A stretch of DNA of 64,000 nucleotides from Eledone cirrhosa (Eukaryota): NCBI GenBank assembly GCA_964016885.1, contig OZ024742.1, forward strand, positions 6,014,001 through 6,078,000, in the 5' to 3' direction. The position numbers and the translations under genes were made by a program. Of this stretch, positions 40,069-52,404 are shown in pieces. Numbering within the stretch: position 1 is the stretch's first letter; each line of letters starts with the position of its first letter. The notes under the pieces were generated by a model, which was not told the origin of the DNA, searched no databases, and saw only the letters and a program-made list of their open reading frames with translations.

Positions 40069-40342
40069 AGTGACAATACGAATTGCAGCTTTTTCTAAAC
40101 TTTATTTCAAATTATAATTCTTTCTATATCGATCAGCTCGGGTTTGACCATGCGATTGGATCCCGACTCTTAATCGATACTTTTTCAGATAAGAGAGTTT
40201 ACATGGGTCGTCACATCCAAACTTTTATATACACACTGCAAATGACAGCTGCCTGAAACTTGGAGGACAACCCAACGAGAGACGGACCCAGTTACAGCAT
40301 CGAGTGCTTTGACCAGCGTCGCCCCTATCAGCACAAGTTACT
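40069..40342 (-). mobile_element. Candidate solo LTR (274 bp) inserted in a TA microsatellite
   Basis: Imperfect terminal inverted ends AGTGAC...GTTACT; on the minus strand TATATAAAAG (~40231-40221) lies upstream of AATAAA (40106-40101); flanks are tatat/catat. Confidence 0.4.
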
Positions 40343-40454
40343 CATATATATATATATATATATGTATGTAAAAGGTAAACAGAAATAACAACACAATCGG
40401 TACAGTATGTGGAAGGGATATATTAGGTTAACGCTTGATATAGCAGGAAGAGGG

Positions 40455-40492
40455 TTTTAACGTTTCGGACGCTAGTCCTTCATCAGAAGAAA

Positions 40493-40494
<2 letters not shown>
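40455..40494 (-). ncRNA. Minimal hammerhead ribozyme motif in a short PLE-type terminal-repeat remnant (~40369-40494)
   Basis: Minus strand reads CTGATGA-A-GGAC-TAGC-GTCC-GAAAC-GTTA: both conserved core boxes, a 4-bp stem II and a palindromic AACGTT stem III. Confidence 0.75.
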
Positions 40495-40526
<32 letters not shown>

Positions 40527-41702
40527 CACGTAATTGTAAGCACATTCCACGGAAACTACCTTGACACTTCATCACACGATTCCACATGATTCCACACTTA
40601 TACTGGCCAACAAAGACAAAATCCTGCTAGACCAATTCTCAAGTATACTTTCTGCATTCCTTCCAAATATAGCATCAGTGTTACTCTATTGTATCTAGTT
40701 TTGAAGCTAGGTATCCACTGGGAAACAGAAATTTGAAACCCCATTAGCAACTTACTTTTAGTTCTACCACCACAATCACTACCTTATATATGTACTCTCC
40801 CTTCTTTTCCAGTAGCTTGCTCTAATTCTAACACCTTCAGCTCCTTATTAAACAAATTTCCTTTATGAATGGGACCCTAATATCTGAACCACATCCCTTT
40901 TTTCGGCTTCTTAAAGCTCTACAGCATTTGCCAGTATTTTGACGAAGTTGACTTTCCTCAAAGGTGGGATTGCGTGATTACATACTGTATTCCGAAATTG
41001 GTGGTCATACGATTTCCATAAGCGTGAAATTCTTCAACACGAATTTCAGTAACGATGGAGATGCTTCTGGAAGAGTTTATTATGATTAAAAAAGAAAAAA
41101 AGAAATACATTTTACAAGTTTCTATTGTTGTCCTCATGTCGGTAAATACTTTATTTCTCAGTTGTAGATTTTTCTTCTCTGTCATTGTCAAGAAGTCTTT
41201 TCAGCTTGTATCTTTATTTGTTGTTTACTAGAATAATCTGAACACTTTCTCTGCTTCAGTGGAGTTGTTGTCATACAATTGAATTCAATACCAAACAACT
41301 GGAAATTATTAAAAAAATAACTTTAAACTGGAAAAGTGAAACGAAATGTCATGTTAAAAATGTTAATAAAATAATCATCGTTGTTGTTGTTGTTATTGTT
41401 GTTATTATTGTTGTTGTTATTATTATTGTTGTTATTGTTGTTGTCTTTGAACGTGAGAAATCGTATTTTTAGCAGTTAGCATGTTTGTATTTAATTGAAA
41501 AATTACCTTTGAGGATATTTTGCCAATAAGAAAACTATGGACTCCTTCAGTGGTCCACACCGTTGGACCCCAGCTCTATTCCCGTGGCTTCTTTAACGTT
41601 GGTCGCTTTTTACATTATCATACTTCATAAACAAAGTTTATCAAAAATACAAAATGCTGTTGTGCTACGGAGGAGCGGATAGAGGTGCTGTTAGCTGGTA
41701 AC

Positions 41703-41915
41703 TTCTTCTTCTTCTTCCTCTTCTTCTTCTTCGAGTCGTATCGTGGGGGAGTACTTCTCAAGCACTCCTTCCGGTCCTGTCAGAAGCGACCGTCTCTAAC
41801 TGACCGGGTTGGATACCCAAGTGAGACCAGCCAAGTTCAAGGAGGTTATCTAACCATCTTGTTCAAAGTCTACTCCTGGGTCTTCTACCTGTTGGTTCTA
41901 CCCCTTATAAGCTGG
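41703..41915 (-). mobile_element. 3'-end fragment of an RTE-like LINE with (GAA)n tail
   Basis: Minus strand gives PTGRRPRSRL*TRWLDNLLELGWSHLGIQPGQLETVASDR, then a (GAA)n tail. Confidence 0.7.
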
Positions 41916-42147
41916 TAGCACTAATTCAAATAGTTATGCCCCTCAGATACTAAACGTTGTAAAATATTAATATAGATTTAGAAAATAACAAAGATATGAA
42001 CGAACACGCTCCATCCATGACCATCACAACTTTTATGTCATCTTTAAATCCATTGTGACTTTTTAAGACGGCAGTGAGTGACTTGAGGAAGATTTGACTA
42101 GTATTTCTAGCTGGGTTAGAAACTACGAAAAGATTCATTTATTGATT

Positions 42148-42308
42148 GCTGATTAGCAGTATCGGCAGAGGGTCGAACTCATGGCATAGAGTTACGGCCC
42201 TTTACTTTCAGAGTTCAAAACCCACCGAGGTTAACTTTGCCTTTCATCCTTACGGGGTTGATAAAGTAAAGTACCAGTAATGTACTGGGTTAAAGTAGAA
42301 ACAATTAT
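42148..42308 (+). mobile_element. SINE copy
   Basis: A-box-like tagcagtatcgg, B-box gagttcaaaacc, core gcctttcatccttacggggttgataaagtaaagtaccag. Confidence 0.85.
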
Positions 42309-42330
42309 TGTTGTTATTACTAATGTAATT

Positions 42331-42510
42331 AATTGTTTCTATTTTAGGCACAAGGCCAGCAATTAACCAGTGTATTACTGGTACTTTATTTTATCGACCC
42401 TGTAAGGATGAAAGGCAAAGTTAACCTCGGTCGGTTTTCAACTCAGTTCGTAAAGGGACGTAACTGTGCTGCAAAGCATGGCGTCCGACTCTCTACTGAT
42501 ACTGCCAATT
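42331..42510 (-). mobile_element. SINE copy, short form, tail-to-tail with the previous copy
   Basis: Reverse complement of the same head, core and tail (ggcacaaggccagcaatt...actgccaatt). Confidence 0.88.
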
Positions 42511-44405
42511 GTTGTTGTTATTGTTGGTATTGTTATTGTTGTTGTTGTTGCTGTTGGTATTGTTGTTGTTGTTGTTCTAGTTGTTGCTGTCCTTGCTGCT
42601 GCTGCTGTTGTTGTTATTGCTGTTGTTGTTGTAGTTGTTGTTGTAGTTGTTATTGTTGTTGTTATTGCTGTTGTTGTAGTTGTTGTTATTGTTGTTGTTA
42701 TTGTTGTTGTTATTGTTGTTGTTATTGCTGTTGTTGTTGTTCTAGTTGTAGTTGTTGTTGTTGTTGTTGTGGTTGTTGTTGTTGTTGCTGTTGTCGTAGT
42801 TGTTGTTGTTGTTATTGTAGTTGTTGTTGTAGTTGTTGTTGTTACTGTTGTTGTTATTGTAGTTGTTATTGTAGTTGTTGTTGTTGTAGTTGTTGTTGTA
42901 GTTGTTGTTGTTATTGTTGTTGTTATTGTAGTTGTTATTGTAGTTGTGTTGTTGTAGTTGTTGTTGTAGTTGTTGTTGTTATTGTAGTTGTTGTAGTTGT
43001 TGTTGTTGTTATTGTAGTTGTTGTTTTTGTTACTGTAGTTGTTGTTGTTGTTGTTATTGTAGTTGTTGTAGTAGTTGTTGTTATTGTTATTGTAGTTGTT
43101 ATTGTTGTTGTTGTTGTTGTTGTTGTTGTAGTTGTTATTGTTGTTGTTGTTGTTGTTGTTGTAGTTGTCGTTGTTGTTATTGTTGTTGTTATTGTAGCTG
43201 TTGTTGTAGTTGTAGTTGTTGTTGTTGTTGTAGTTGTTATTGTTGTTTTTGTTGTTATTGCTGTTGTTGTAGTTGTTATTGTTGTTGTTGTAGTTGTTAT
43301 TGTTGTTGTTGTTGTTGTTATTGCTGTTGTTGTAGTTGTTATTGTTGTTGTTGTAGTTGTCATTGTTGTTGTTGTTGTTGTTATTGTTGTTGTTGTTGTT
43401 ATTGCTGTTGTTGTAGTTGTTGTTGTTGTTGTTGTTGTTATTGTTGTTGTTGTTGTTGTTATTGTTGTTGTTGTAGTTGTTATTGTTGTTGTTGTTGTTG
43501 TTATTGTTGTTGTTGTTATTGTTGTTGTTGTTGTTATTGCTGTTGTTGTAGTTGTTATTATTGTTGTTGTTGTTATTGCTGTTGTTGTAGTTGTTATTGT
43601 TGTTGTTGTTGTTGCTGTTGTTGTAGTTGTTATTGTTATTGTAGTTGTTATTGTAGTTGTTGTTGTAGTTGTTGTTGTAGTAGTTGTTGTTGTTGTTGTT
43701 GTAGTTGTTGTTGTTGTTATTGCTGTTGTTGTAGTAGTTATTGTTGTTGTTGTTGTAGTTGTTGTTGTTGTTGTTGTTGTAGTTGTTATTGTTGTTGTCA
43801 TTGCTGTTGTTGTTGTTGTGGTTGTTGTTGCTGTTCTCGTTGTAGTTGTTATTGTTGTTGTTGTAGTTGTTATTGTTATTGCTGTTGTCGTTGTAGTTGT
43901 TATTGCTGTTGTTGTTATAGTTGTTATTGGTGTTGTTGTTGTAGTTGTTATTGTTGTTGTTGTTGTTGTTGTAGTTGTTATTGTTGTTGTTATTGCTGTT
44001 GTTGTTGTTGTTTTTGTTATTGCTGTTGTTGTTGTAGTTGTTATTGCTTTTGTTGTTGTAGTTGTTATTGCTGTTGTTATTGTTGTTGTTGTTGTTGTAA
44101 TTGTTATTGCTGTTGTTGTATTTTTATTGCTTTTGTTGTTGTAGTTGTTTTTGCTGTTGTTATTGCTTTTGTTGTTGTAGTTGTTATTGCTGTTGTTATT
44201 GCTGTTGTTGTTGTTATTGCTGTTGTTGTTGTAGTTGTTATTACTGTTGTTGTTGTAGTTGTTATTGCTGTTGTTGTTGTAGTTGTTATTGTTGTTGTTG
44301 TTGTTGTAGTTGTTATTGCTGTTGTTATTGCTGTTGTTGTTTTTATTATTGTTGTTGTTATTGCTGTTGTTGTTGTAGTTGTTATTGCTGTTATTGTGGT
44401 TGTTC
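42509..44405. repeat. Degenerate (GTT)n trinucleotide tract with GTA/ATT/GCT variants, ~1.9 kb
   Basis: Direct inspection; it produces the spurious poly-V/T/C ORFs. Confidence 0.95.
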
Positions 44406-44546
44406 TAACTGTAGACTCTGATAATCAGTAAAACTGTGGAGCAGAATAATTAGAAAAGCATGAAATGGAGAAAGTTAAAACTACAACACCCCTCCCCCAC
44501 CTATAACACTGAATAAAACAAACCAAAACAACTAATGAACTAAATG

Positions 44547-45189
44547 AACACACATACATACACATACATACACATTCACATACATACATACACATACATA
44601 CACATATATACACATACATACACATACACATACATACACATACATACACATGTGTATGTGTATGTATGTGTACACATACATACATATACATACATACACA
44701 CACATATACATACATACACATACATACACATACATACACATACACATACACACACATACATACACATACATACACATACATACATATACATACATACACA
44801 CACATACACATACATACACAAACATACATATACATACATACATACACACATACATACACACATACACATACATACACATACATACACATACATACACATA
44901 CACATACATACATATACATACACATACATACATATACATACATATACATACATACATACACACACATACACATACATACACAAACATACATACACATACA
45001 TAAATACACATACATACACATACATAGACACATGCACACATATATACACATATACACACATACACATACATACACATACATACACATACATACATATACA
45101 TACATACACACACATACACATACATACACAAACATACATATACATACATACATACACACACACATATACACATACATACACACATACAC
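44547..45189. repeat. (CATA/CA)n compound microsatellite, left half
   Basis: Direct inspection; it resumes with the same polarity at 51621-51945. Confidence 0.95.
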
Positions 45190-45361
45190 GGCATAGGTTA
45201 AGTTTAACGTCCTCGAAAATGAAAGTATGTTTTCTGACAAGTGAATGTGTTTTCTGTTTTTTTTACAATGTAATTTACGATACACTATTTGTTTATTTAC
45301 AACAGGTCTCTATAGTGATATGGTGTTAATTAGTATTGCGTGTGTGATTATTTTCTCTTAT

Positions 45362-45660
45362 ATATATATGTGTGGGTGTGTATATGTGTGTATATATATG
45401 TTGTTCTGTATGTATATATATATGTGTTTGTGTCATCATCATCGTTTAGATGTTTTTGTAATATCTTGCCAAAGTTGGCACCAACTATAAACAAATTAAG
45501 GCCGGGTCATAAGAAGGACAGAGAATGATAAGGGATTTGGGTAAAAACATCTAAACGATGATGATGGCACAAACACATATATATATACAAACACACATAT
45601 ATATATATACATACAGACACACATATATATACACACATATACACACCCACACATATATAT
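45362..45660. repeat. Inverted repeat, ~100-bp arms and ~85-bp spacer
   Basis: gtgtttgtgtcatcatcatcgtttagatgttttt (to 45457) mirrors aaaaacatctaaacgatgatgatggcacaaacac (from 45543); the flanking microsatellite is mirrored too. Confidence 0.85.
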
Positions 45661-46621
45661 ACTAGACATGAAAAATGCGCAAGCTCAAAAGTGCCACAGA
45701 ATGTTATAATAAAAACCTTCAAAAGTGTGGGACTAGAGTTGTTGCTAAAAAATATTGTAATCATTATATATCGTACATTCTGTGGCATCCTTTATAAAAA
45801 TAGCTTAAACCAACGAAGCCTTTATTTTTACGCTATTTCACTTAGTTAATTCTTAGAGTGTAACATATAAAAATATGATTTACAACTATAAAATAAATTA
45901 ATTAATATAATAACAGAGCTGCGGAGCTGAAATTTAGGAAATAATGGAATATCGGATCCTGAGTTGGAGCCAGTCAATTTTTGGCCGACTCCGCAGCCCT
46001 GTATAATACATTTCATATTAAAGTTATTAACAAACCTATTTTACACTGCATGCAAATTACCATGAGATATTGATATTAGATATAAGATACAGCGCAATAT
46101 CTACAGCTGTAAAAGTACGAAAGCGAAGTAATAATAAGTGGCTTAAGGTAATTCCAATATGAAAGTTTGTAGTGATAAAAATTTGATAATGCAATACGAT
46201 TGTTAATATTATAGTTCTATGAAAATGTAACAATAGATAACTAAATTATTTTACTATTAGTATATTTAAGAAATTATCATTATAGATTTGATCGTTCATA
46301 TAAGCATCATATTAATTTTCAACACAATTATTTTGTTACTATGAGTATATGATAATAATATTACGTAATTATTTATAGCTGTTATTACATTAAACATAGA
46401 TGTATTTATTTTTATATGTTACACTCTAAGAATTAACTAAGTGAAATAGCGTAAAAATAAAGGCTTCGTTGGTTTAAGCTATTTTTATAAAGGATGCCAC
46501 AGAATGTACGATATATAATGATTACAATATTTTTTAGCAACAACTCTAGTCCCACACTTTTGAAGGTTTTTATTATAACATTCTGTGGCACTTTTGAGCT
46601 TGCGCATTTTTCATGTCTAGT
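45661..46621. repeat. Fold-back element: 215-bp inverted arms (45661-45875, 46407-46621)
   Basis: The arms appear identical by eye; termini ACTAG...CTAGT; 531-bp spacer. Confidence 0.92.
45914..46001. mobile_element. Small hAT-like MITE (88 bp)
   Basis: TIRs CAGAGCTGCGGAG...CTCCGCAGCCCTG with 8-bp flanks TATAATAA/TATAATAC. Confidence 0.7.
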
Positions 46622-47176
46622 TTAATATTTTTTTAAGGCAACGCTTGTAATAACTCTAGTTAAACAGGATATATATTAATAATAAATTATCGTTGTAATG
46701 TAATTAGATTATGTAATTGTTATTATAAATTATCTTATAAATATTAGTGTAAGATGTATAAAAATATTTTCAGACTTTTAATATAAACAACTACAAAAAA
46801 CAATCAATATTAAATCAATATATTATACATAATAGAAAACATAAAATAAACAATACAAAAACAAAATATTTACATACAATTGCAATTATCAGTGTATATA
46901 CATTGTCTTTATATTCCCTGAGCAAATTAATAAGATTTGTTTTTATTGTATATAATTTGATGACTTGTTGGAGTGTATTAAAAGATAGCAACAATTTGTG
47001 ATTAAATTGTTATCTTAAGCAACTCACTTTTTAATAGTTGTTGGCTGAGCGAAATTGTAAAAGCCTATGAACAAATATAAAAAAAATACACAAACAACAT
47101 TTCCTTGTGTTATTACAACATTAGATAAAATAATTGAGCAATGTCGTTATATTTTGCCCTTATTGCACATTAATAG

Positions 47177-47344
47177 TGTTTCTATTTTTCGGCACAAATC
47201 CATTACGGCAGTCCATTACTGGTACTTTATTTTATCGAATTAGTAAGTATGAAAGTCGAAGTTAACCTCGGCAGGATTTGAACTTAGAATGCAACGGACC
47301 ATAACAATACTGCAAAGCATGGTGTCTGACGCTCTACCAATACT
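47177..47344 (-). mobile_element. SINE copy, diverged
   Basis: ttactggtactttattttatcga..tgaaagtcgaagttaacctcggcaggatttgaac. Confidence 0.8.
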
Positions 47345-47812
47345 TGTGTTGAGCTGGTCATTAATTTATGGTGGTCGTGCGTGGAGTAGAGCAATCGCTA
47401 GTTGAAATATTATGAACAAAACATTTTTATTTGCAGAAGAACATATTTTCAATACTGTTTGTGAATGTGACGAAGGAAATACATTCTGATATGGAACAGT
47501 GTACAAAGTGTGTCTGTGAATAACATAATGTTACCTCATGTTGTTGTCAAGACATAATGGATTTCGTATATCCAGTTAGAAGATGAAACCTAGCCATCTC
47601 GGATCAGTTATATTTCATGCCATGTGTAAACGTGTTTGAGGATAGCAAAGTATGCGTGTTTCTTGTCTGGAAACTTTCTGCTAAACTGATTGGTTTCGTT
47701 TTTGGCACTATACAATACTCATCCAACAGATAGCTGTATTGGATCCTTGATTGGTTAATATTTAGGTGAGGGTGCTTGATGCAGAGTTAGTGCAAAATGG
47801 ATCAATGAGTGT

Positions 47813-48465
47813 AATAATAATAATGATAATAATAATGAAAATATTGTGTACAATGCTGAGGTACACTACAACTCATCAAAAGTGCATATATAATACATAG
47901 GGTAATATAAAAACGTCAGGAAAAAAGAACAGTGCATGAGTCATGATATACACATATGTGCATGTGTATGGAAGGGGGACATCAGGTGTAGTTTTGGTGT
48001 ATTTCGGAATGTATGATGGTTTTAAAGGATGCAGTGTGTCATTAGCTAACAACTGATGCAGGAAGTTTGTTCCATCCTTCAGCAACTCTGAGCATGAAGA
48101 AATATTTCCTAAAGTCATGGGAGCTGTGTTGTTTTCTGACTTTGTAGGTATGTCCACGTGTTAGACACATGGAGATCAAAAAGGTGTTCGGGGTTGTTGT
48201 TGGTCGGATGGTTAATAACTTTGTGGGTGTTTACCAAGTCCATTGCCAGAGGAAAGCAAAATATTCAGGGTATGGTAGGTGTCTGATGGAGGGTATGCGC
48301 TTGGTTGCATGTCTCTGAACAGTTTCCAGGAGGTCAATGTTCTGAGCAAGATAGGGGTTCCAGACTGATGACGCGAACTCGAAGTGTATTCGTACCATAG
48401 ATGTATACAGCTTTAAATAGATGGCTGGAGAGCAGCTAATGAAGGTCTTGCTGATTGATGCCAAG
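47813..48465 (-). mobile_element. CR1-like LINE 3' fragment with (ATT)n tail
   Basis: LYTSMVRIHFEFASSVWNPYLAQNIDLLETVQRHATKRI and TRGH..K......FR.YFF..RV...WNKLP motifs on the minus strand; (ATT)n tail at ~47813-47836. Confidence 0.85.
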
Positions 48466-48654
48466 TCAATCTTAATAAATTGACTGATTTATCTGTTCAC
48501 TACTGCTAATCCACCGCTGTTTGTACAATTTTTTAGATAATGTCAATTTGAGCTTGAATCATTGGCGTAATGAAATTTGAAAAGATTATAAGCAAATCTT
48601 TTTTAAAATACACAGACAACATTTAACTGTATCGTTGCAACATTAGATCTAATA

Positions 48655-48831
48655 ATGGTTTCTACTTTAGGCACAAGGCCAGCAATTACCCAGTGCATTA
48701 CTGGTACTTTATTTTATCTACCCCGTAAGGATGAAAGGCAAAGTCAACCTCGGCAGGATTTGAACTCAGATCGTAAAGGGACGTAACTATGCTGGAAAGC
48801 ATGGCATCCGACCCTCTACCAATACTGCCAA
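48655..48831 (-). mobile_element. SINE copy, short form
   Basis: Full head, core and tail match to the family. Confidence 0.88.
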
Positions 48832-48857
48832 AATAATGGAGCAACATTTGTGCAGAA

Positions 48858-49322
48858 TTATTGTTTGTGCAATAAGATATTTGCAGATCTGTACTTGGTC
48901 TGCTCTTTAGCCAACTCGGTACGTTTAGAAGCTCTACGCTCGGCTTGCTTTTGAGATATAATAGCTGAATTTGCAGATCTATACTTGGCCTGCTTGTTTG
49001 CCAACTCATACCGTTTTGAACATCTATACTTGGCCTGTTTTTGTGTTAATTTAGCAAAATTCACAGCTCTATAATCGGCCTGTTTTTGTCTCAACTTCTC
49101 CCGATTCCGCATCCGGTAAGCTGCTTTCACATCCAATTTAATACGCCCATCTAGATTATTAGCACAGGAATGTGAATAAGCTTGTGGGACCGCATCATTG
49201 TAAGTATATGAACTGCCTGCAACATCAAGACCCAATTCACAAGTGCAGCGTTGCTCATTCACATCGGCAGTGGGGACACCAAAATCAGTGACAGGTCTCG
49301 ATTCACTCGCGAGATACATCAC
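48858..49322 (-). pseudogene. Truncated coding fragment with 15-aa basic repeats (KQAxYRxxNxxxLxx), probably transposon-derived
   Basis: 154-codon open frame with six 15-aa repeats; 90-nt DNA periodicity (tttgcagatct.tacttgg.ctg at 48880 and 48970). Confidence 0.45.
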
Positions 49323-49600
49323 AGCTACACTATATATTTAAACATATATACAGTGATACCTCGCTACTTGGCGGTTCAACTATCGCGGATTCACGATTTC
49401 GCGCATTTTTAGAATATATACATGAACACCTAAAATTTTTCATTAAATCCATTAAAATATTAATAATAAACACAGTTCTAATCATACGCTATATATATAT
49501 ATATATAAATATAAGTAATTAATACCGTATAAATGGTACAAAGACTGTTTATGTAAAATGTATTTCTCAACAGAGTATTGAATACTTAGGAGAAATTCAA

Positions 49601-49931
<331 letters not shown>

Positions 49932-50297
49932 TTTATCTAGTCCTTTGCTCAAGATTAATCTATAAGTTTAGATGTCTGCCTTCGTTTAAGTAAATATTAC
50001 AGTAAGATTTTTAATATAAACAACTACAAAAAACAATTAATATTAAAACGAAAAAATTATCAATGATAAAAGAAGCGGATGCAACTTTTTTTTTTATAAA
50101 GTTATATTCCTGTTTCTTTAAAGAACATTTCATTTTTGTTCTATTGTAGGCGAAATAATGCAATGGTTTAATAGGGAAGATATAACTTACCAATTATGTC
50201 TCTAACCGTGTAACGCTTTTTAAGTAGATAACTACAATTGAAAATACTAAAGAAATGGAACCAACAATTCAATTTGAAAGTCGTCTACTTATAGTGA

Positions 50298-50350
50298 CAG
50301 TGTATTACTGGTACTTTATTTTATCGACCCCGTAACGATGAAAGGCAAAA
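50298..50350 (-). mobile_element. SINE core fragment
   Basis: cagtgtattactggtactttattttatcgaccccgtaacgatgaaaggcaaa. Confidence 0.75.
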
Positions 50351-50989
50351 ATGCAAATGCTTAAAATTTAAATTGCCTTAATTCTATCGTCTGCTGTTTC
50401 ATTAAAGGGAGATTCTCGTCTGTATTTAATTCTATCGTCTACTGTTCCACTAAACAGATATACCTCCACTATCGTCTCTATTTATACATTTTAACTTATA
50501 ACTTATACACATTTGATTTGAAATATTTTATCTAGTCCCCCCTCTCAATATTATGATGATTTCTTTCGAATGAAACAGTTCTAGTCCTGTAGAAGCCATT
50601 TATATATATAATTGAACTGAGTTAAAAATTCACAATATTTATAATTAAATAAGCTCATATATATATGTGTGTATTTATCTGTTTATTGTATTATATATAA
50701 TGTGTGTATATACAGGATGTCCCCCAAAAATATATACACACTTCAACAGCATTCTAATAACTATTGCCTGTACAGGTAATCAAAGTGTCAATCGAATGTT
50801 AGTTTCGTGTTTTAACAGTACAAATTTACAATACACACATAAAACCAGTGTATATACATACATGAGTGTGTATACACATACATGAATGTGTATATACAAT
50901 ATATATGTATATATATATAGACACATATATTCACGGTGCAACGGAACATTAAAATATAGATGCGGGAGGGGGGGGGGTGTATATATAGG

Positions 50990-51270
50990 GGCGCTGGGGA
51001 TAAAGGAGTGTAAAGCGTGTGTAATTGATATATTGAAGGAGAGGAGCGTGCAGCGATAGAGTAACAAATATATAGAGAGGGGGAGAGATGGTATTGAAGG
51101 GGAGGAGTGCAAAGCGAAAGAGTAAGAGAGATATATATAGAGACGGAACAGATAGAGAGAAACAGGCGTAAGTAACAGTGGAAGAGATATATAGAGAGGG
51201 GGAAATGTGTTATTGAAGGGGAGGAGTGTAAAGCGAAAGCGTAAGATATATATAGAGAGAGGGGGAATAG
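50990..51270. repeat. Degenerate ~60-bp purine-rich minisatellite
   Basis: tattgaagg(g/a)gaggag at 51031, 51092 and 51211, each followed by gtaa..atatatagagag. Confidence 0.75.
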
Positions 51271-51620
51271 TATATATATATATAAATATATATATATCAA
51301 CACTTACTCTGATTGGTTGAAAATTAGCCAATGACATACGATCACCACCACCACGGCTATCCCCGAAAAATTTATGAAGAAGTTAGGCATATATGTTAGA
51401 ACACGAAAAGTGAACATTCTGTTGTTTCACACTTTTCGTGTTCTAACAGATAAGAGAAAATAATCACACACGCAATACTAATTAACACCATATCACTATA
51501 GAGAGCTGTTGTAAATAAACAAAGAGTGTATCGTAAATTTCACTGTAAAAAAACAAAAAACACTTTCACTTGTCAGAAAACTTACTTTCATTTTCGAGGA
51601 CGTTAAACTTAACCTATGCC

Positions 51621-51945
51621 CACATACACATACATACACATACATACACATACACATATACATGCACATACATACACATACACATACATACATACACACA
51701 TACACACATATATACACACATACACACATACACATACACATACCCACATACACATACATACACACATACACACATACATATACATACCCATACACACACA
51801 TACACATACACACATACACACACATACACACGCACACACACACACACACACAGACAGACATACACACACACACACAGACAGACATACACACAAACACACA
51901 CGCACACACACAGACAGACAGACACACACACATACATACACACAC
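51621..51945. repeat. (CATA/CA)n compound microsatellite, right half
   Basis: Direct inspection. Confidence 0.95.
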
Positions 51946-52190
51946 GTATATATATAAAATAAAATGAATAAATAAATATGTTGAAAATAAAACTGCGAGA
52001 GAGAGGAATAATGAGGTAGAAAGTGATTAGAGTTGATTATAAATATGTTAGGAGGGAGGGGAGACAACTCAACAACATTGCAACTAAAGAGACACACATA
52101 CACACACACACTCCCTAATGCATACACATAGAGATACATATACACACACGAACACACACACATATATACACATAAACACATACACAAACA

Positions 52191-52309
<119 letters not shown>

Positions 52310-52404
52310 TGCCCCCTCGTTATCGAGTATGGCCATTGCTCGAGAAAAACAAAACAAAACAAAAAAACATAATAATAACAATAATAATAATAATGATGAT
52401 TTCA

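Noticed and set aside
40958-41191. 77-aa minus-strand ORF with a pyrimidine-rich acceptor-like tract as a host exon
   Set aside because: No recognisable protein similarity, and the implied ~42-nt intron is implausibly short.
42408-45329. Poly-Val/Thr/Cys and His-Thr/Val-Cys-Met ORFs (also 51496-52405 and 55565-55906)
   Set aside because: Translations of (GTT)n and CA/TA microsatellites.
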